A stretch of DNA of 64,000 nt from Eledone cirrhosa (Eukaryota), in NCBI GenBank assembly GCA_964016885.1, contig OZ024750.1:8060001-8124000 (forward strand). Direction: 5' to 3'. This document shows, one piece after another, positions 55,337 through 64,000 of this stretch. The notes under the pieces are model-generated. The model did not search any database, was not told the origin of the DNA, and saw nothing but the letters and a program-made list of their open reading frames with translations. Position 1 is the stretch's first letter. The number at the start of each line of letters is the position of its first letter. The position numbers and the translations under genes are program-made.

Positions 55337-56125
55337 ATATATTTAATAATATAACAAATCAATAAATAATAACCTAATGATATATTGAGTGGCTGGAACA
55401 GGAATACCTACTCCAACGTCATGTTACATGAACGTATATTTCCTTAAAGAAATGTCAGTCTTCTTTAAAGAAGTGTAACGTAAAACGTAATTTATCCAAC
55501 AAGGTATTGAATCAGATCTGTGAACTCAACTTGCTGAGCAATTATTCCGTCATACAATTTTTCTGTAATATTAGAAGGATGTTATAACTGACCTTCTTTT
55601 AGATTACTATCGGGAATTGTGTGTTGCATCGCATGAATTGAATTGAAAATATCAAAAGGTAACTGATAGTGTTAGCTTAGTAGGAGTTCGTTGTCCTCTC
55701 TGCAATGAAAACATTTAAATGTTTAGCATATTTCAAAAGCGTTTATTGAAATATTTATAACGATATCTAATGTCTTAAAAATGATTTAATGAATATGGAT
55801 ATAATAGGTGGATAAAAGGAATATATATATGTAATACATATAAAATTGAGAAAATTCATCGCTAGAATAACCGTTAAAGCAGCTAAATGCTGTCGAAGAC
55901 AGCGATTGGCAACCCCCCCCCCGCAGAGGACATAGACAAACGGCCAGTGGTCAACAGAGAAACAATCCACAAGGCAGATGACATGCAGATGAAATATAGA
56001 AAAGATTTAAAGAGGGGGAAGAGTCTTTGACAGCATTTAACTGTTTTAGCGACTGTTCTAGCGATGTTTTTTATATGTAGTGAAATACACACTCGCATCG
56101 TCTCGATCAGAGACAACATTGTTTT

Positions 56126-56161
<36 letters not shown>

Positions 56162-56939
56162 ATATTATATATATATATATTATATATATATATATATATG
56201 TGTGTGTGTATATTTGAAGGATACGTCATTAGAGGTAAGCTAGTAGTAAGCTAGGTTTTGTGGAAATTACTATATCCTTCATTATGTTATAGGAAAATTA
56301 TGGTAACGGCTGGATATAAGAGACCGAAATTGCAAAGTAATATTACTTGCTGTAACAAACTCACTACATTTCCATTTCAATATTGTTATTAAATACTTTT
56401 AATAACGGTATTAAAGCCATGCAATCTATCCCCGCCTCTCCAAATTTGCAATGTGGTTCTTATGTACGAAACAAATAGTAACAGCTGTTGTCTGAAGTGT
56501 ATCGATAAACGTTTACATCAGTGGATACTTCATCGATCGATTTCTAATGCAACACTTTAATTTTCTCTGAAAGGAGGCATAACGAACAGTTTGTTTTGAT
56601 GCAATAACAAGAACCCTATTTATGGTGTTAAAATATTCTTTCTATCACTGTTTACATGGATATTACTCACACACTCAATTTATATTCTTCCAACCAACCA
56701 TTGTTATGTTAGTTAGAAATTACTTCAGTTCTAAATAAGTGATCATTCACATACATTATATCACTTTCTATCGTCCTATTACATTGTAACGGTAATTACA
56801 ATTCACCCTTCCTTTATATTGGTGTCTACAGTATTTACCACATTTCAAGTTGTTAATAAATTATTTACAAACCAAATATTATTCACCAGATTCCATTCTG
56901 CATATTTCTCCAGCTATCAGATGTTTGACTATCTAATAT

Positions 56940-57350
56940 ACTAAAAATAACTGTAACATTTATCTCCTCTCGTCATTCAAATTACCACCGTAGGGAACCT
57001 ATGTACATATATGTACATCTATTGGCTCTTAGATATCACTAACTGAGAAAGACAAATAGATCATTATTCGAACGGTTTGTAGCAGTTATTACCTTCACTT
57101 CCTTATATTCCTGACCAGCTCACCGATGCTCCAAACATTATTCAGCTCTATCTTACCAGCACAATTATATTTACTCTCTCACTTTTCCTCATCTCACGAC
57201 CCCTTCTTAATCAAGGCAACCTACATGAAATATTCTTAGCACACAAGACATAACAAAACTTGCAAACACTCTGGTTCTACCAAATTACCAAGCTTGTCAC
57301 ACATTCTCAAATATAACAACCAATCTTTCACCAGCTTCAATCTCCCTCGA
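56940..57350 (+). mobile_element. Old CR1-like endonuclease fragment
   Basis: LPYIPDQLTDAPNIIQLYLTS near 57098-57160 parallels FPNRFPNNSNGNASLLDFFLTS of the 43-kb LINE. Confidence 0.45.
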
Positions 57351-57735
57351 TTCGTAATGACAATAAAAAATATTTGGATAAACACCAGTTATATCAAGGT
57401 GTTGGTTCCACCTATTATAATCCCTTCCTCAAAATGTGGAATTGTTAAATATTAGCACCCGTTATTAACAACGTTACATGTGATGCAGGAATACATCATA
57501 CATCATACTAACGTTTGTTGCCAAAATGAATTTACCTATGTTTGCAGATTTTTAAAATACCGTTTTGTTTTTAAATAATGTTTAATGTATAGTTGTATTC
57601 ATTGTTTTAAAATCAAAATGCGAAGATGAATCACAAAGTTCTACTAGAGGGAAAGAGATGTGAAAAGTGGCCTCAATATTGATTACACATTATTTTTGTA
57701 TGATATAATATGTTACATTTTAATGTCTTCTTCAG

Positions 57736-57926
57736 ATAAAACAGCTTGCGAAGATACTGAGAGGTCGTTGGGTGCTCTGAAAAAATTAGCCTGCAATCCA
57801 GAATGTCTTTCAGCTCTTTTGGATGGACTTGGATCATACCTGAAAACTGTCATAGGGATTGTTGACCAGATAGAATGCTCAGGGGTCGAAAAGGCTATCA
57901 ATGAACTGTTCAACCAAATTATACGG
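57736..57926 (+). CDS. Candidate internal coding exon of an unidentified Cys-containing helical protein
   Basis: Acceptor gtcttcttcag, donor gtcagt, 191 nt open: DKTACEDTERSLGALKKLACNPECLSALLDGLGSYLKTVIGIVDQIECSGVEKAINELFNQIIR; GC higher than flanks. Confidence 0.6.
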
Positions 57927-58670
57927 GTCAGTTAATTACACTGTTTAAAATATTTTATTTTAGATTTTGTACATGTTTTTATATTCTCTTAATTTTTTAT
58001 GAAACATTATTGATTTCTCAGTCGAACAATTTTCAGGTAGTATTATACGATTGAATTTGACTCAATACAGTATTGATATTCATGTTATCGATCTCAGTAA
58101 GATCAAAACCAGACGCCTACGATGAAGTGACGAGATTTAATTTATAAACGTAAATGTGAAGAATAAAATACTAAAGTGGACATTATCAGGCACTTTGGAG
58201 TCACTTTATCGAAACCAATCAACGCCTGGTTTATCAATAAGTAGGCCATTGAAACTGTACATGGGATTACGTGTGATTCAGAAAAATTCTTACTGGTACA
58301 GACGCGGGTAAATGCAAAAGGAGTGGGAAGTAAGTTTATTTGAAAATCATATATTTGCAATTGATGTTTAATCTTAAACCATCCTTGATCAAGCAAATCT
58401 AGACAAAAGGTCTCGTATCCCGTGTGTTTAAATACAGTACATGGCTATGTATCTCGTCTGTTATTCATTCTTTAAGACATTATAGTAGGATTCGAGAGAT
58501 ATTTGCTACCATTTCTAGCAGATTGAGCGGCTGCTTAACGGTTCCCACATTTGCTCATCATGTATCTGTTAAAGAGTGTGATATAAAATAGTTTAGCAAG
58601 CATTTAGAACAGTTTACTGCAATCACTCTGTAATATTGGCCAAGTTAATTGTGCTTTATTGATAGCAGTG

Positions 58671-59259
58671 CTAATTGTTCTCTGGCAAAGTAATAAAGGT
58701 AGGTTCAAAAAGTGGTTTTTCATGGCTGATGTTAGATCCATTGAATCGACTCTTATATATTATTGATGTGTTATTCATCCTGAAGGGACCAAGAAAAAAG
58801 TGCATACCTCTGCGACACGATTTAAGCTCAGAATGGGGAAAAAGGAAATCAGATGTAATGAGCTTCCCCTTCACCATATTTATGCCACCATCATTTCTGT
58901 CACGTCACACCAACACAATCACCTCACTATATAATATACAAATATTGTTAACTTTCTTATCTGTAACTGCATTAATAAAGCAGCTCATTTCAGGGCAATT
59001 TCTAATAATTCTATTAAACAAAATTACTTCATCTGCATTTGTCGCCTCATTGTTCTGGTTTGAGGTGATAACTAATGATGAAAACCTAATCATATTTACC
59101 ATATCTTTAAAGTGGGTGTGAACATTCTGAAAATTAGAACTTTTGTGGATGTCTGCTAAAGAGGAAAGTAATTTAACACACCTTGTGCTGTCTATGATAT
59201 TGGCGAAAATATGAACATGACATCTTATTTATTTTCTCATCGGTGCATGTTAATTGCTC
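58671..59259 (-). pseudogene. Disrupted exon-like segment, ~190 codons
   Basis: Acceptor ccttttattttttgtag at 59260; track ORFs 58905-59102 and 58671-58877 are in the same frame, split by one TGA; frameshift near the 5' end. Confidence 0.45.
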
Positions 59260-59486
59260 CTACAAAAAATAAAAGGTCGCTATATGCATTTTGTCTTAGC
59301 CTTAGTTATAATTACTTGAAGCAAGATGTATTAACTAAGCCTTCTTGAAACTACACATTTCTATCTTAAACACTAAAAACTACATTGAATAGGCTAATCA
59401 TAGATACACTGTGTCTAAATTGTATTTTCACGGCTAGAATACCCATAATTTTTGGTCTAATGGCTCGGTCTTGACCTAGGGCTAAA

Positions 59487-59693
59487 TAATGGTTTCTGAT
59501 TTAGGCACAAGGCCAAACATTCTTGGGGAGGAGTAAGTCGATTAAATCGAGTCCAGTGTGTGTCCGGTACTTTATTTTACCGACCCCGTAAAGATGAAAG
59601 GCAAATCTAATCTTGGCGGTTTTTGAAATCAGAACGTAAAGAGCCCAAAACTCTATTACATGAAGCAGGGCGTCTGAGGCTCTACCGATACTG
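59487..59693 (-). mobile_element. SINE family A long variant, diverged
   Basis: Head, body and tcgatttaatcgac extension recognisable. Confidence 0.8.
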
Positions 59694-60559
59694 TCTGGGG
59701 CTAAATAAGAAAAACAAATGTAAAACATGGTATTTTCTTTAGTTAACTTTGTAAACAAGTATTGTATATTCTCTCTAGATATTTCCATAATTGGAATTGA
59801 CACTCATAGTTATTTCAAGGGGTTTAAATGGGTTGTTTATTCTGTCATGTATACGATGTAAAGGATATTGCCAGCAAGAAATATCAACCGTATCAACCGA
59901 TCAGTTAAGTTTTAACAGGGGGAAGAAGAAGAAAACGAGTGATAGAAATAACAAGAATCTCTGGAGACAGCCGTAGACATAAGTATGAAAGGAAATGAAC
60001 TAAAATGGATAATTCTTATATTATATCGGTGCAGATTATTTTCATAGATTGAATAAAAGTTATCGGAGTAATCTCTATTTAGGAAACAAATGTCGCAACA
60101 AGGAATTTTGCTTTGTTGAAATGCCTGCTCAGACCCACTTTTACGTTTAGACATCTTGGCATTGTCTAAGAAAGGTAATCTCCCCATCACTTACGTAACT
60201 ATAATTACAGATACTAATGGAATATTGTTTGTTCTCTGTCGCATTGTGAAATACACCAAGTTAGAGATTCCATTCTATTTTGTAGTCAAGATAATAATAT
60301 TTGTTTGATATTAAATTGAGAGATATGGAGTGGGTATTGAATTAGTTTTGTGTTGTGAAAGTAAGTGTATGGTTGTTTAGAGAAAACGTTAAGTTGTTAG
60401 TACTACTTTGAGTCAGCGCTGTAAAGTATGACATCTCATTATTTTCGCTATATGTAGGACCAAATAATCCATTATATCTTTTCCTTTCCACAGACTAGAG
60501 GAAGTTATTTGAGGGCGATTGGACTTCTATTTCTAGCAACACAAGCAGCCATGCATTTA

Positions 60560-60930
60560 TTAGATATCCATAATGGATCCTTCATCGGTTTCAATGATGA
60601 CCATTGAGTTGAAAGTTTGAGTTGCATAATTAACGTGTGAGTGGCCACGTCTAATCTTAACGTAAATTCTAAAGCTTAACAGTGTGACTAAATTACACAT
60701 AGAAACCAACCGGTGAGATCCTAGATAGTTTCCATCTACACTATCATTGACAAGGATTGGGTCAATCTGGGGGGTTATGGTAAAAGATGCTACGCTGTTG
60801 AGCCAAACATGGGACTTCATAAGTGCAAAACTAACTTAATCCCTCAGCCATGCGAGCTCCCAGACATTGAAAGGATGGTGTATACAAGAACAAATAGAAT
60901 GGCCTGCATTAATTAATCATGTCCCATTTT
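60560..60930 (-). pseudogene. Disrupted first-coding-exon-like segment with signal peptide
   Basis: Acceptor ctctacag at 60931; ATG at 60909 gives MQAILFVLVYTILSMSGSSHG, then a frameshift and stop into the 86-aa ORF 60560-60820. Confidence 0.4.
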
Positions 60931-61744
60931 CTGTAGAGATTTATAACCCAGTGAGGTAGGCCTCGTCTTTCATTGTTGCAGAATTTAGAAACGTAATGAC
61001 CTGTGAAGTACTGGGGTTTATTTAAACGGCTCTAATCCCTTCTTAAAATAGTGCTTTCTTTGTGACTAAGCTGGGTGTCAGTATTAAAAGGAAGAACTAT
61101 TAGGCTTGACAGATTCCATAGCGTGTTGGAGTATAATACTAACAATATCCATCTTGCTGAGATGACTGCTTGCTTGCTAGAAATAACAGCTGAAATCTGA
61201 CTCTACTTTCTTAAATGGTAATCGACGCATTTGATAACAGTTTTAAATTAACAATGGCTGAAACATAACTAGAACATTCTGGGTAACAATGTCATTGCTC
61301 GATTAGAGATGACCCCAAGTTAAATAACATCAATTAACAGTATTTATGTTACTCCCAACTCGTTTTGAGATAAAACTCGCCGTGTTTAACGATGTCACTC
61401 ATTCGGTCGTTAGTCGATAGAAGAAGTATCACTAAAATTCTGTTAGTACTTCAAGCGACTCTAAATATTGCTACACATAAATGTATTTTGTGTCTATTCA
61501 ATCTAATTAATTATGAAGAGAAGAAAGGCTGTTTAGAAATTACAATATAACAAATGAGTAGAAAATTAAACGTAAAAATGAGATAAGTATGTCCTGTTGC
61601 TATTATATAAAAGATTTTATTGGGGAGGATCATTATTGTACAAAAAATATTCCTTTATGTATATTATTATCATTCATATATAGAACATGAAAGCTGAAAT
61701 TGTCTACATCGCTTCAAACATTTTAGTCAACTCAAAAGTCAGCT

Positions 61745-61994
61745 CAAAGTGACACAAAGGAGACTGAGGTTAGCTGGACATGCTCACCGACATCCAGAGT
61801 TGACATTGCACTCAGTGCTCCTGTGGGAGCCCCTACATGGACACACTGGAAGAAGAAGACCAAGGTTAACGTATGTTGATGCCCTAAGGACAGACACTGG
61901 TCTGTTGGAGACGCAGGACATAGCAGCGATAATGAGGGACAGAGACCGCTGGAGAGAACTCGTCCATGGATCTCGGGAATGTTACCCGCCCTAG
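61745..61994 (+). mobile_element. RTE-clade LINE 3' fragment
   Basis: RRLRLAGHAHRHPE..VLLWEPLHG..RRRPRLTYVDALRTDTG..MRDRDRW; ends at (TA)n. Confidence 0.9.
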
Positions 61995-62052
61995 ATATAT
62001 ATATATATAAATACATACATATATATATACTGAGTGTTTATGTGTGTGTGTG

Positions 62053-62084
<32 letters not shown>

Positions 62085-62257
62085 TGTATGTATGTATGTA
62101 TGTATGTATGTATGTATGTATGTATGTGTGTGAAAGAAAGGTGATGCAACTATGCTATATTATTTATGAAATCAACAAATTAACGGAGTTGATTGCACCA
62201 AAGAGATGTCAATTTGTTTCTGTACAATAGCATTTTGAAGCAAATACAAATATTCAT

Positions 62258-62566
62258 AATTGTTTCTACTTTTGGCACAAGGCCAGCAATTACCCAGTGC
62301 ATTACTGGTACTTTATTTTATCGACCCCGTAAGGATGAAAGGCAAAGTTAACCTCGGCGGGATTAATACAAATATTCATAATTGTTTCTACTTTAGGCAC
62401 AAGGCCAGCAATTACCCAGTGCATTACTGGTACTTTATTTTATCGGCCTCGTAAGGATGAAAGGCAAAGTCAACCTCGGCGGGATTTGAACTCAGATCGT
62501 AAAGGGACGAAACTATGCTGGAAAGCATGGCGTCCGACCCTCCACCGATACTGCCAATCTACCGCC
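62258..62566 (-). mobile_element. Two tandem SINE family A copies sharing one 16-bp target duplication
   Basis: tacaaatattcataat at 62245-62260, 62367-62382 and 62568-62583. Confidence 0.92.
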
Positions 62567-62734
62567 TTACAAATATTCATAATGAAAGCAAATTACTTTT
62601 TAAAAATTTCTTCCTGAAAAATCATTTCATTTATCAATATTCAATAACAATCCCTTCTAAAAATCATTAGTTTCTTTCCCCAGAGCCTTCTCAAAATACA
62701 AATGTCTTACCCACTTCATAGTTACGCAGCTCTG

Positions 62735-63358
62735 GTTTGGTAGTATCGGTAGAGTGTATGGCACCATACCTCGTACTATAGTTACGTGCTTTTACATTGT
62801 GTTCAAATCCCATTGAGGCTAGCTTTGCCTTTCATCTTTACGGGGTCGATAAAATAAAGCACCAGCAATGCAGTGAGGGCCATTTAATCGACATTCCCCT
62901 CCCCCCAAAAAAATTGTTGGCTTTGTACCTAATCAGAAACCATTATTTAATGGCAGTATCGGTAGAGGGTCGGACGCCATGCTTTGACGCATAGAGTTAC
63001 GGTCCTTGCCATTCTGAGTCAAATCCCGTAGAGGTTAACTTTGCCTTTCATCCTTACGGGGTTGATAAAATATAGTACCAGTAATGCAATGGGTAATTGC
63101 TGGCCTTGTGCCACAACTAGAAACAATTATTTATTTAACACATAAAGTACCAGTGATGCACTGGGTAATTGCTGGCCTTGTGCCAAAAGTAGAAACAATT
63201 ATTTATTTAACACATAAAGTACCAGTGATGCACTGGGTAATTGCTGGCCTTGTGCCAAAAGTAGAAACAATTATTTATTTAACACATAAAGTACCAGTAA
63301 TGTACTGAGTAATTGCTGGCCTGGTGCCAAAAGTAGAAACAATTATTTACTTCACACA
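62735..63358 (+). mobile_element. SINE family A long copy, short copy, then 72-bp tandem repeat of the SINE tail (4 units)
   Basis: Period 72 (cataaagtac at 63141, 63213, 63285); unit is SINE 3' end plus flanking tatttaacacat. Confidence 0.92.
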
Positions 63359-64000
63359 TTGCATCTTGGTACTCAGTGATTCGTATGTAGTTTTGTAAAA
63401 ACTACTTCTAGAAGCTTAACATTTCCGTTAACTCTGTTCTAAACATTTATTCAGTCTCTGACAACCTCTCATTTACAGCAAACGTCTTTTCACTCCACTC
63501 TCTGAATATTCAATCTATATCTGGTGTAATTTCCTGTATATTTTTTTCGAGAACATAATCAGAACATTCATAAACTAGAATTCATATCTAGCTAACTGGT
63601 TCGTTTCCTATGGTTTTATAGATATCATGACTTCAGCTTTTTCCTCAGTCAATCAGTCAGATGCAATTAAGTAAAGTAGATTGCTACTGAAGACATTCAT
63701 ATACATTTTGATATCAGTTGTCTGTAACCGCTGTGGTATTAGAAGTTTCATAGCATATATTTTAGGGAATATATATATATAATCATAACTTTGATTATCT
63801 ATTTAATGTGGAATCTAAGTAAGTATTCATAATTCTTAGCTATCGTATGAGGCTAATGAAACGGATATGGTTCATGAGTAGCTTAATTTTTTAAAGATTG
63901 ATCGCTATAGAAAAGGTATGCAGCCGTGAGTCTCAGAACATTGTAAAGGAGTAACTATACTCTTAGTCCTATATTATGTTAGTAAACATAATTATGTCCG

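Noticed and set aside
57713-57913. 66-aa minus-strand ORF
   Set aside because: Antisense of the better-supported + exon; in-frame stop just after its possible acceptor
58905-58907. In-frame TGA as selenocysteine or readthrough
   Set aside because: No SECIS seen, and other lesions in the same putative gene favour decay
58675-59121. 148-aa + strand ORF
   Set aside because: Exact antisense shadow of the minus-strand exon-like frame; no ATG start and no splice support

Overview
AT-rich eukaryotic genomic DNA, intronic or intergenic and dominated by microsatellites and retroelements. The repeat families resemble those of octopus/coleoid cephalopods (inference from the SINE sequences, not a database match). 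There is no complete protein-coding gene, rRNA, true tRNA or CRISPR array, and nearly all long ORFs in the track are translations of simple repeats. Contents: (1) about 20 copies of a tRNA-derived SINE (family A), plus older SINE families. (2) Decayed LINE fragments: two R4/Dong-like RT pieces with YMDD, CR1-like pieces and several RTE 3' ends. (3) Two inverted copies of a ~600-bp bipartite non-autonomous RTE-like element. (4) A mariner-type MITE. (5) Two young minisatellites (20 bp and 17 bp) and two ~1-kb interrupted (TA)n arrays. (6) The most coherent signal: more than ten short inserts from several families sitting inside (TA)n tracts. Many are built as an inverted partial copy plus a terminal repeat plus a tail, and carry canonical or variant hammerhead-ribozyme cores. 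One retains a Penelope-like GIY-YIG C-terminus, so these are read as (TA)n-targeting Penelope-like element (PLE) ends that seed long hairpins. Near 52.6-61 kb there are candidate exons of an unidentified small secreted protein (+) and a disrupted signal-peptide-bearing gene remnant (-). Coordinates were counted by hand and boundaries of decayed elements are approximate.
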